A stretch of DNA of 63,382 nt, filler included, from Cercozoa sp. M6MM (taxonomy: Eukaryota; Protista; Endomyxa: Ascetosporea), in NCBI GenBank assembly GCA_040357565.1. It is 9 parts of 9 records of this genome, joined end to end, with 100 filler letters (N's around TTAATTAATTAA, not from the genome) between each part and the next. Parts side by side here need not be neighbours in the genome. Positions count along the whole stretch, not along the records: positions 30,213 to 35,633 come from JBDODJ010000913.1; positions 35,734 to 40,999 come from JBDODJ010000935.1; 7 more parts are not named here. The stretch is one strand, 5' to 3'. The notes beneath the pieces are model-generated. The model made no database searches. It had not been told where the DNA came from and saw only the letters and a program-made list of their open reading frames with translations. The position numbers and the translations under genes are program-made. Shown piece after piece: positions 30,277 to 41,099 of the stretch (within the stretch, counting starts at the first letter, position 1; each line of letters begins with the position of its first letter).

Positions 30277-32215
30277 GTGTGCGCACCGATGGTGGACGCG
30301 TCGGAGCTGCCGTTTCGCGCGCTGTGTCGTAGCTACGGCACGACGCTGTGCTACACGCCAATGTTCAATGCCAAGATGTGGGCCGCGCATCCCAAGAACC
30401 GTCGCTGCTTCCACACGACGAACCAACTGGACAGTGAGTTAGCACTCCCGGACCGACCACTCTTTGTGCAGTTCTGCTCCAACGAGCCGCAGCAGCTGCT
30501 GGAGGCGGCGCAGCGCGTGCAGCGACACTGCGACGCCGTCGATATCAACTTTGGCTGTCCGCAGGGCATTGCTCGCAAGGTGCTTCCCCTTTGCGTGCTT
30601 TCGCTTTGTATCGCTTTGTTTCACTTTGCTTTTGCTTTGCTTCGCTTGTTTCACTTTGTTTCCACTTTGCTTTCGCTTGTTTCGCTTTATGTTTCTCTTT
30701 TTTTTTCATTTAATTTTTCCGTTGAATATATACGTTTTTTTGACAGGGCAACTACGGCTCGTTCCTGCTGGAGCAACCGCAGGTGATGAAGTCGCTGATC
30801 GAGACGCTGGCACAGGCGCACCAGAAGTGGCTACGACGTGCTCGACCGGAGTTTGTGAGCAACGGCGGCGACTATCCTCAGGTACAACACAACTAGTAAA
30901 ATTTTTGACCAGCTTAGAGTCACATTAATGCAGGTCCGCGCGGACGAGGACGTGCTGGCTGACGAACTGTGTGTGCCGGTGACGGCCAAGATTCGCGTGC
31001 TACCGACGCTGGAAGCGACGCTGCGACTGGCGCGCATGTGTCAGGACGCAGGTGCGCAGGTGCTCTGTGTGCACGGTCGCACCAAGGAGCAGAACAAGCA
31101 CAAGGTCGGCAAGTGCTTCTGGTCAGCCATTACGGCCATCAAGCGCGAGCTCAACATTCCGGTATTCGCCAACGGCGGCATCGAGACTCTGGCTGACGGT
31201 ACTGTCAGCTTTTTACCCTACCCTTTACTTTGTGCCTATCCTTTACTTTGTACCTACCCTTTACTGTGTACCCTATCCTTTACTTGTACCTACCCTTTAC
31301 TTTGTACCCTATCCTTTACTTTGTACCGCTACCCCAGCGGCCGAGTGCGTGCGTGTGACGGGCGTGGACGGTGTCATGGCGGCAGAAGGTCTGCTGGCCA
31401 ACCCGGCACTGTTCTCGGGCCGCTACCTGGACCCTCTGGACGTGGCCGAGGCCTACCTGCGGCACTGTGCCGCATGCAACGAGTTCGCCACGCAGCACGC
31501 CTTGCCGCCGCCCAAGAAACTCAAGAAGTCCAACTCGAGTGTCATGACCAGCAGCAGCAGCAGCGGCACTAACAATGATGACAGTACCAGCAACAACAGC
31601 AGTCCCAGTGTGCTCCCAGTAGAACTCTTCACTACGGGCCCAGTCAAAGGCTCTTCCATGAAGAAACACATGTTTCAAATCCTCTACCGCTACCTGCAGA
31701 TCGCCACACACATGTACAGCGCTCTCGATAGATTATATCCAAATGGATTTTAGTTTTTGTATTTATTTTTGTGCAGCCGCGCGCAACTCGGACAGGCTAG
31801 GACGCTGGAAGAGTACCAAGCAACATTGCAGGCCTTGCGCGACTTTGTGGCGCAGTCTAACGAAGACTCGACTGACCAGGAGTCTTCGGACACGACTGTG
31901 AACACATTTTGGCAGCGTTATCGCAGCGAGGGCTTTTCGTGGTACCGACGGTATTACCCGCGCGAAGCATGCGACCCTGAGTTTCACTGGGATGACAGGT
32001 AGCAGCACCTCTAACTTATTCGAACTGATTGTGAGATAACATGTTTCCGCTGTCTTTGCAGTGTTGAGGAGTGTCCGCGAGCGAACGTAGGCAAGCCAAG
32101 CAACGGCACGCGACCGCGGCCACACGAAGCCACTGCGCACGTCGTCACCGAGCACACTGAGCATCTCGTGCACCCGAACACTCCTGCTCCCTCCAAGAAA
32201 CCTAAAACGGGCTAG
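30277..32215 (+). CDS. DUS1: tRNA-dihydrouridine synthase 1, 5'-truncated
   Basis: APMVDASELPFR..YTPM, DRPLFVQFC, DAVDINFGCPQGIARKGNYGSFL, VTAKIR, VHGRTKEQ, IPVFANGGI, DGVMAAEGLLANPALF. Confidence 0.94.
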
Positions 32216-32599
32216 AAGCAAGTGTCTACCTTTGTTTAGTTTGCTTTTTCGTTGCAGTAGTTTGTTCAGTCTACTAAAAAACCAACTACGGTAGTTTCCC
32301 TGTACCAGTCCTGGAGTGGGCCGCAAGCGCATGGCCGTGTCCACCGCTTTAGGGTGGTAGCCACCCAACTCGCCTTTTCAACTTTCCTAAGATATCTTCT
32401 TCGAGGTTGGTACAGGTGGCGGGCTGAGAGTAACGCCTGTACCACCATAATAAACACGCACCATAATATTGGGCCACGTGGTGGCCTTACCTATATGCAA
32501 CTGGCTTTCTCCTCATCCCAGTCTCGTGATGAAACACATCACCAACTCAAGCAGACTCCTAAGAATAACAAAGGAACGCAGACTCAGTATTGCTGCCAC

Positions 32600-32940
32600 T
32601 CGCACCCTCACACGATTCCTGTGCAACAGACTCGGCTCGTTCAAGTAGTTTAACTACGACCATGCAAGAATGCAACACTAAAGGCAGAACCAGAACCCAC
32701 AACTGCGCGGGATGCTAAGAAAGACTAAAAAACTCTATACTTCTCCCCTTCCCCGCATCACCCACCTCCCCACACCCGGAAGCCACACACGTGTCCCGAC
32801 TGTGCAACCGGGACATGAAGAGATACGCTCGTCACCTACCACCGACTGATGGAATGTGATGAATCAAAGGAAGTGATGACATACGCCAAACCAACTGAGT
32901 GGCACACAGTCAAACACTTTCTTCCTTTTGCTTCGTGTCG
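32600..32940 (+). mobile_element. Possible decayed non-LTR retrotransposon 3' fragment
   Basis: Reads HTCPDCATGT*RDTLVTYHRLMEC, a CCHC pattern like the LINE ORF2 C-terminal zinc knuckle, with an in-frame stop; no RT motifs seen. Confidence 0.3.
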
Positions 32941-33216
32941 CATTTCTCACTTGGGTAAACTTAGTTTCTGTGGCTTTTTATTCACCGTTGTTTGTTCTAG
33001 CTTTGTTTGCCAGTGTTGGCCTGCTTGTCTGCGAGTTCGTTGAGTTGGATCTGTATCGCTACATTTAGGTATTGTAGCAGTCCTGCTCTGGCGTGTTGGG
33101 TCGACGTCGTGGTAAAAACGAAATTTGGGTATTATTCTGAACTAAGTTTAAGCACACTGCTTCTTACCGATCACAACACCCGAGTTGTCGTGTGTTGATA
33201 TGATTTTAGCCTAAAG

Positions 33217-34714
33217 TTAAGCAGGGAGCTGCGTGCAGGAACTGCTTTCGCATACTCGTCGCATGGGGTCGCTGAGGTTATTGCCCATATCGCACTCGAG
33301 CAGTTCGCCCGGGGTGGAGCAAGTATCATTTTCAGACGGAAACACGCACACGTTTTCTGCCATTAGATTGGGTAATTTAACTACAATTGCTTCATAAAGT
33401 TGGGAACCGATGCACACGCCATTTCCGTAGCAGGCTTCGTTGAAACCTCCACAAGGGAGCTCGACACTGTTGTCGGCGAGCAGCAGACTGTATGACGAGA
33501 TTCCGCAAAGGCCGGTCGCGCCGTTGACGCAAAAGCCCGAGGCACAGTCAAGGTTGGCAGTGCAAGTCTTACCTTCCTGGGACAGACAAGTCAAACTACC
33601 AGGTGTGTATTTTGTGTTCGAATCGAATCCGTTGTCAGTAACGCCGAGATCGGCACATGCCAGACCTACAATACAGGCACCCCGTTATGTACATTCAACT
33701 GGCAAGCGAATCGAGCGCAGTCTGTACCAATTTCACATTCGAAGGACAGGTAGGCCTCGGTGCTGCACGACCCTCCATGCTGATTGACGCTAGCACTGTC
33801 GCGACACACGCCCGCATTGGTGCATGTCAGGCCTGGGTCGCATGAGTTTTCCCCACTGAGCGACAAAAGCGAAAAAATAGTTGTGAATTGGGCAAGCTTA
33901 ATTACAATGCTATTGTACCTGCATGGGACACCGAGCGGTGTGCACTTCTTGGTGCTCATACTGCAGCCATAGCCTTGCTGACACTGCGAGTTGCAGACGC
34001 AGTCACCTCCAGCACTCACCGTGTTGGTGCCAAGACACACGTTGGGGTTTTCCGATAGGACCTGGTTGCCTCCGTCCGTCGTCAGCATGCACATGCTCGA
34101 GCAGTCTCCGTCACACTCGTTGTCGCACGTACACACCGTGCCGACGGTGCCATCAACGTCCTCTGGGCAAGCTGTCGACAATGTGACCAGCGTGCCTTCG
34201 CGAGTGCACTAAATATCACTCCCCTGGTGAGTTGGGCCTTGCACATGGATAGGGGCAGGGGTAGTTTTACTGAGTTGCATGCAGGAGCTGCGGTCGTAGT
34301 TGAAGTTGTGGCTGTAGATGTAGTGGTCATGCCGTTCATTGCAGCCACCCGCTTGATCATAACATCGGTCTGTGAGTTAAAAAGAATGACAAAGTTGCAT
34401 ACATATCAAGAAACGAGACTGATGGAGCGACTCACATCGTGACGAAGAGAAGCCGCAGCATGCGCAAGTTCGTGGATTTGTCGCTGCATGTACTTCTCGC
34501 TTTCGTCGAGTTCCTTGCTCAAGTGCGCAGTCTCTCGCTGCAGCGACGCGATGATCTGGTCAGTGGGGTCATAGGTGCGGTGCGTCGACGCGTCCACTTC
34601 CATTGGTTTGGGCTCTCCGTCGGTGTATCGACGTGCCCACATCGACAGCTGCTCCGGTGAGGCAGCGAGTGCCGCTTGAGTCAGCGATAGTGTCGCAGTG
34701 AGTTTCGTGAGCAT
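33217..34714 (-). CDS. Secreted cysteine-rich repeat protein (signal peptide, coiled coil, Thr-rich linker, Cys modules)
   Basis: MLTKLTATLSLTQAALA leader; TTTSTATTSTTT; repeats such as GGDCVCNSQCQQGYGC, GGSCSTEAY..CEIGTDC, GKTCTANLDCASGFC. Confidence 0.8.
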
Positions 34715-34845
34715 TCTCTACGTTCAATGCCCTGCGTTAACAATACCTTCCCTCCATCTATCTCACGAGTACTCAGTCTACACGAGAAACCAGCGCAAGT
34801 TATTGAGAAACGCGCGCAGCCTGCTTGCGAAACGCACCCGAACCG

Positions 34846-35021
34846 ACCAACAATTACAAGGCCCGTAAATCATAAAACAGAGTACAGTGCGGTAACAAAA
34901 TTTACGGGCCTTGTAATTGTTGGTACACGGCGAATAAAACAGAATTGGGTATGGTGCCTCGAGAAAACCGAAAACGTAATCTGCGTAAATTACCCTCAGC
35001 GACAGGTTTTACGCAGATTAC
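34846..35021. repeat. Two perfect inverted repeats (25-bp and 14-bp arms)
   Basis: 34846-34870 / 34900-34924 and 34976-34989 / 35008-35021 are exact reverse complements. Confidence 0.9.
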
Positions 35022-35110
35022 TCCTCGCTTTTAGGGTGATAGCTTGGTTAGTTAGCACTCCCACTAACGTGCCAAGTAGTGTGGCGGTCTTAGATCGCAT
35101 ACCCGGGAAG

Positions 35111-35360
35111 TTACTCAAAAATTACTCAAGAATTACTCAATATCATTGAGTAATTACTCATCATTTTTGAGTAATTTTTGAGTAATTACTCATCGTTTTT
35201 GAGTAATAATTGAGTAATTACTGATGATTTTGAGTAATTACTCATAATATTTGAGTAATTACTCGTCATTTTTGAGTAATAATTGAGTAATTACTGTTGA
35301 TTTTGAGTAAAATTTGAGTAATTACTCAAGAATTACTCACACTATCGAGTAATTTACTCG
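35111..35360. repeat. Array of TGAGTAATTACTCA palindromes and half-sites
   Basis: 12 GAGTAA sites plus several TTACTCA half-sites in about 250 bp of AT-rich DNA. Confidence 0.95.
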
Positions 35361-35433
35361 CGTTTTCGAGTCGTGCGCTCACGTTGCGTTGCCGACGTGT
35401 ACCATTTGTACAGTACAAAGAGGTCCATATGTA

Positions 35434-35633
35434 CCGGCAGACTCGTCGAAATCGTCAACCGACGGTGGCGGCACCGACAAATCCAACGCCGCTTTCATCA
35501 GCTCCGGCGCACTCAGCGCTGCGCGCGGTGGACTGGGGGGGGGTAAAGGGAGGGACAGGGGGGTAAAGGGGAAGGGTAGGGATAAAGGGGGTACAGTCCG
35601 AATCGCAGTTCGAGCGCCGTGATTCCGAGCGAC
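35434..35633 (-). pseudogene. STE20-like protein kinase fragment (subdomains IX-X), apparently lacking subdomain XI
   Basis: Two exons splice to SLGITALELRFGLPPRAALSAPELMKAALDLSVPPPS; no downstream subdomain XI exon found before the palindrome array. Pseudogene status uncertain. Confidence 0.6.
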
Positions 35634-35733
35634 NNNNNNNNNNNNNNNNNNNNNNNNNNNNNNNNNNNNNNNNNNNNTTAATTAATTAANNNNNNNNNNN
35701 NNNNNNNNNNNNNNNNNNNNNNNNNNNNNNNNN

Positions 35734-35781
<48 letters not shown>

Positions 35782-35814
35782 TTCACAATATTGAAGCCCC
35801 ATGTGGCAGCATAC

Positions 35815-36945
35815 CTGTAGAGCATTCGCGGCGTCTTCTTTGAGCGAAATGAGCGAATGCTGCATTTGCTCGCGCTCATGGTCGCTCACGCGGCGAGACT
35901 ACAGCCATGCTTTCGGTTATGCACACAGATACAAAAGTATAAATGCAAAACGTACAGAGACACACGCGGCTTTGGCCGTGCGAACTTCCTTTTCAAGTGT
36001 CATGGCATGACGCTGCGTCTGCAGCAGGAGTTGTTTGGTACGCGCCAGTTCTTCTTGGTGCTCGTGTACTGTTCAGTCTTGTGTATTGTACAGTACAGGC
36101 ACAGAGTATATAGTGTTTTAGTACACTGCTGAGTGCGTCGCTGCAAGTCGGCGATTACGGCAGCGTCGCGGTCGAATTGGTCGCGCAAACGCAGTAATAC
36201 CGCGCGAGACTGTTGTATGTACAGGGACATAAGTACATGTGTACTGCATGCGTATCAGAAGGGTCAGACACCTGTGAATCGATGGCCTCAAGCGTCTCGT
36301 CATCAAAGGCGCCAATATTGTTCACGATGCTGTCGTTGTCAGCGAGCTGTTTCTTGGCGTACTCACTGTTCATGACACTGTAGTTGCTGCAGTTGTCGTC
36401 ATCAATATCGACGTCACTGGCTTCATCGTCATGGACACAGGTTCTGGTGCTAACACTGTGGTCATCGGAGTCACGATCACTGTCGTTGTCAGTGCTCTGG
36501 ACGCTCTGACACGAGTCAGTGCTGGCGTCACTGTCGCTGTGGGTAGGATGGCTTTCCTTCTTCAATCCACTTTCCTGTACAAATCCACGCACAAGATTTC
36601 GTCTGGTGCCTGTGGTGAGAGTAAATTGTTGCAGGTACTGAAGAAAAGATTGCAGCTTCATCCGACATGTACGACACGTCTGCTGTCAAAGTGTTTATGG
36701 GCACCTACAACACATACTTATGACGTAGATACGAAAAGCAGTGAGATAAGCAATTTGTACCTGCTTGTGCGGCAGCTGCATGAGGCGCGGAAAGTATCCG
36801 TCGTCGTGCGACGGATCGGTATCGCCTACGGTCTTCTCACGCGACGAACTCCCGCTTGTGTACGCTACTTGGTAGCGTGGACAGAGAGAGAGTGAGAGAG
36901 AGTGTGTGAGAGAGAGAGAGAGAGTGAGAGAGAGAGAGAGAGTGA

Positions 36946-36976
<31 letters not shown>

Positions 36977-36977
36977 T

Positions 36978-37028
<51 letters not shown>

Positions 37029-37038
37029 NNNNNNNNNN

Positions 37039-37088
<50 letters not shown>

Positions 37089-37458
37089 TCGTGGTACCGT
37101 TGACTGTAGGCTTCCCAAGCTGGGCTCGCAGGTGGATCAGCGAGTTGCCGGCGTCCTGAGTCAAGGCTCGCAACTCGTGCAACTCCATGTGTACTTGCTC
37201 TTTGTGTCGCTGCAGTCGCTGCAACGGGCGGTCTTCCCGAGCCACTGCGATTGGTATCTGCGCACAAATCCTCGTTCTCAACTGAGCAGGAGAGGTGAGG
37301 AACAAAGGGCTTAGCACTTCTTTGATCGGCTTCGCGGGGAGGTCGACACTCTCCTGTGCTGGCAGCGGCTCATGTACGTGCGAGTCCGCGAGACGCTCGC
37401 GGGAGCGGCGTACCTTCTCCTTCAACTGCAGGTTCAATTCAGTCAGTTCGCGCAGCAT
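35815..37458 (-). CDS. Hypothetical coiled-coil protein, 3'-truncated
   Basis: Heptad-rich exons (MLRELTELNLQLKEKV..., EELARTKQLLLQ...) and an acidic Ser/Asp region. Confidence 0.55.
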
Positions 37459-38070
37459 CGATTGAAGCAGTCAGTCGACTGAGTCACAGTTCGGGCAGCG
37501 CGAACACTATAAATGAAATCGAAAAGTGCACTTTTGACGCATATCGCCGAACCACACCGAAGCTCGGCATTGGCCAAGGTCCGGAAGCACTCGATGGAAC
37601 CAAAAAAATGAGTTTCGGAGAGAAAACATTAAAATTTATTGAACGCAGGCTTCGGGGGGTCAATCATTTTTTGACCAGGGTTCAGCTTTGCAGTTTGTGC
37701 ATACAAAATACTATTTAAACGTTTTGAGTTTTTATGCAAAACGGCCACGGTTGTCATGAATGCCAAAACCGGCGATGTCATTGGAACATCCTGCGCGCAC
37801 CCCTTTTGCTCTTCTCACAGCAGGCTACTTGTGCGGTATCCCTTGCCCGACTTCTTCGACGCTGCTCGTCCCTGACAAGATCAAAATTGATCAAGACTCG
37901 TACGGGTAGTTAACATGGACCGTTTGTGATCCTAGCCGTTTCTGTAAAACCAGCCAGAAACCGATCTCGTCATTGTTGTATTGTTCTCGGCGCATCGCAC
38001 TTCCCAGAACGCAAATCCGACAGAAACACAACAGTACTTTGTTTTGTGTTATACTGTCAAGCCATTAAAG

Positions 38071-39176
38071 ATGAAGTTTGGCGCTGTTGCCCTTCTTGCT
38101 GCTAGCGTAAGTCTTGTTTTTTTTTTAAACATGTGTGCACAGTGCTTTTTACACATTTCCTGTGGTAGGTTGCTGGTGTGTTCGCCGAGGAGCTTACACA
38201 GGAGGATCTGGCTGCCTCGCCGGAGCAGCTGGAGACGCTTGAGCAGATCGGCGAGACTGCCTTTGACTCGCTCGTATCGCTTGACGACGATGCCATCGTT
38301 GACGATGATGACAGCGACATTCTCGCGTGGATGAAGGATTGTGTCGACCAGGCTTTCGACGTGCAGGCCAGCGGCCTCGCCAACGAGTTTGAGTTTGACG
38401 AAATCGAGGACCAACAGCAAGCAATTGCGCAGCGAGTACCCTTCCCCTTACCCCTTCACCTCGTTGGCATTACCCCTTACCTCCTTTGCCCCCCCCCCCC
38501 CCCCCACAGGTTGCCGCCGACACGCTCGCCGAGATTGAAGCCGAGATTGACGCCGAGCTTGAGGAAGAGCTCAAGGACATCCCGGACGACGAGGTTGTCA
38601 CGATGGGTTTGCGCAAGAAGCTCCGTCGGGCTCGCAAGAAGGTGATGTCCCATCGGGATTTTTTAACTTGAAGTTCTTGAGCGTGTGATGCATTTCCGTA
38701 TGGTTTGCGCAGATCAAGCGCCGAGTGGTTCGCAAGGCCGTCAAAAAGGTTGGTGTCAAGGTGTTCGGTGCCAAGGTAGCCTGGACTGGTTCTTGAACAT
38801 GGTTAGTTCTGCACCGGTGATTTTTGTTCTGTTCCAGGGCTACGCCTACTACAAGGTTGGCAAGCGCGCGTACCGGTAACTATTTGCTGGTGTGGTCTCG
38901 CTGCTTTTGTAGACTCTTCTCTGCCCTGCACAGCAACGTTCGACGTGTTCGTAACCTTCGTCGCGCTGTGCGCACTCAGGACGCCGGTCACGTGCCGAAG
39001 GATTGTACTGCCTTTTGTCTGACGAGACAGGGGATTAACTTTGGATACCCTTTCGCGTAGGCACTGTGTTCTACGATGGCTGCAACACGTGTGGTGCTCG
39101 CGACGGCAAGCTGACGTACTGCACGCGCAAGCGCTGCTTCCGTTTCGGCATGCCGCGTTGCCTACAGTACGAGTAA
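38071..39176 (+). CDS. Secreted prepro-protein: acidic propeptide + polycationic peptide + pacifastin-like Cys domain
   Basis: Seven exons splice in frame with GT-AG: MKFGAVALLAASVAGVFA / EELTQED...PDDEVVTM / GLRKKLRRARKKIKRRVVRKAVKKVGVKVFGAKGYAYYKVGKRAYRNVRRVRNLRRAVR / TQDAGHVPKDCTVFYDGCNTCGARDGKLTYCTRKRCFRFGMPRCLQYE*. Confidence 0.85.
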
Positions 39177-40419
39177 AACTCACGGGGGAAGTGCTGACCG
39201 ACTCGGAATCACTTGATCGTCCCGTGTCGTCGTGGTGGAGCGTAACCGAATGGTTCCGTTCAGGACGGGCAGTTAGTTAGTTGTTACAGACTGACTCAGA
39301 TTATGCAGTCTCCGCACAGACAGACCAGTTGGTCTACTATCATTGAAGTAAAAGAGAAAGAAGAGTTAAGAGTTTGTGGCTCTGCGGTACTGCCTATAGA
39401 GCTGGACCTGACTTAAAGCCTGTCCTGTAGATTGAGCCTGCGAGTTGGCAAAGAGAAAACCTCATCTACTTGGCTTCAGCTGGTCAGTTGCTCTGCAGTT
39501 TGTACTGATATCCACCTCTACAAGTAAGCATTGGCTGCTGTAGAGAGAAGGTTTTTTTTAAATGCTTCACGATTTTCCTCATGATGGAAGATTCCGTCTA
39601 CAACTCCGTCTAGTTTGACGTAAGAACCCAGTCGTCTCGTCGCCTGTCACTCCTCCTACCACCGAATTAAACTTGCGCAGACAAACATAGAAATTTGGGT
39701 GGTGGCCTAGGCCATATCGCAGCTGGCATTCTCCTCTCACACCACTCTTATGACATGCTCGGGTTTGCTCAATATGTGCAATATGTGTTCGATTGTGCGT
39801 GTTGGTTTGGCGTAAGCCATCAGTTCCTTTGACTGAACGACGAACGCGTTGCCTTTGGGCAGTCGCCGACCGAATTCATGGCTTTAGTCCGTGTCGACAG
39901 TGTCGACATGTGCAGGGAATACTGTGCATATCACCTCTCTCTCTCCTTCCCTCTTTCCCTCTCTCTCTCACACTCTCTCCCTCTTCTCCTTCTCTCCTCC
40001 TCTTCCTCCCTTCTCCTCCTCAATGTATACCAGCCGAGGTGGCTCCACGACGAAGCAGCCTGAGTAGCTGCTAAAACTTTACTATAGCTTAAATTAGAGG
40101 CAGGTTGTGCGCAAACGAAGCAATGCAATTAACCGCGAAAACATGCTACTTTTGAGCACCATGTGTTAATAACTATTTGCGCCGAGGAGATCTCCTGGTT
40201 ATGTGTAGTTAGTGACTGGTTATTGGCGGCCTCTAACAACAATTTTGCCGTTACAAATTGTACTCATTTTGGGCGTTACTGTCTGTACAATAAGAACGAG
40301 CAAGGATTACTTGAAACTTTACAGTAGTGTTCTGCCGTTTGTGTGTCATGAGTTGCTGTAAAGTTGGCCTCGCTAGCTAGTCCCATTCTCGATGAGTGGT
40401 TTGTTTGTTTTTTGTCCAG

Positions 40420-40617
40420 CCAAGGACAACGTGAACGAAGAGTTGGCAGTGCTGGACCACCACGCCCGCAAGTGGGAGCAACATAAGGCCATTGGCCAGT
40501 GGCGTGACGGTGACACCCGCGAGTACTCATGCACAGTGGGTCATAGCGGCCGGCCGCGTAACATGCTCCCAGTATTTGCCATTCACATTCTTTCGCATCC
40601 GGTGTTTGTGTGTATGT

Positions 40618-40672
<55 letters not shown>

Positions 40673-40863
40673 AGTCGACGACTATCGTGCCAATGCGTTC
40701 GCAGTATGCACTGAAGGTGCCTGGCGTTCCTTTAAAAACAGCGCCTGTCTGCCTTATGGTGCACAAATTTGTTTTGCATGCATGCTGTAGCTTCGTGTAC
40801 GTTGTTGTAGTGTCATGCGATGATGGTGTTCCACTTCAAGGGGCGGAATGGCACCCTTTTCAG
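40420..40863 (+). CDS. Hypothetical protein fragment, 3'-truncated
   Basis: Three short exon-like blocks separated by (GT)n introns; start unclear. Confidence 0.35.
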
Positions 40864-40933
40864 GTACTTACCAAGACGTTTGTTTTGTGTGTGCATATGT
40901 GCATGCGTGTCTGTGTGCATGTGTTTGTGTGCA

Positions 40934-40999
<66 letters not shown>

Positions 41000-41099
41000 N
41001 NNNNNNNNNNNNNNNNNNNNNNNNNNNNNNNNNNNNNNNNNNNTTAATTAATTAANNNNNNNNNNNNNNNNNNNNNNNNNNNNNNNNNNNNNNNNNNNN

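Noticed and set aside
33217-39176. Physical cluster of secreted defence genes
   Set aside because: The two genes are on different scaffolds separated by the artificial linker at about 35634.
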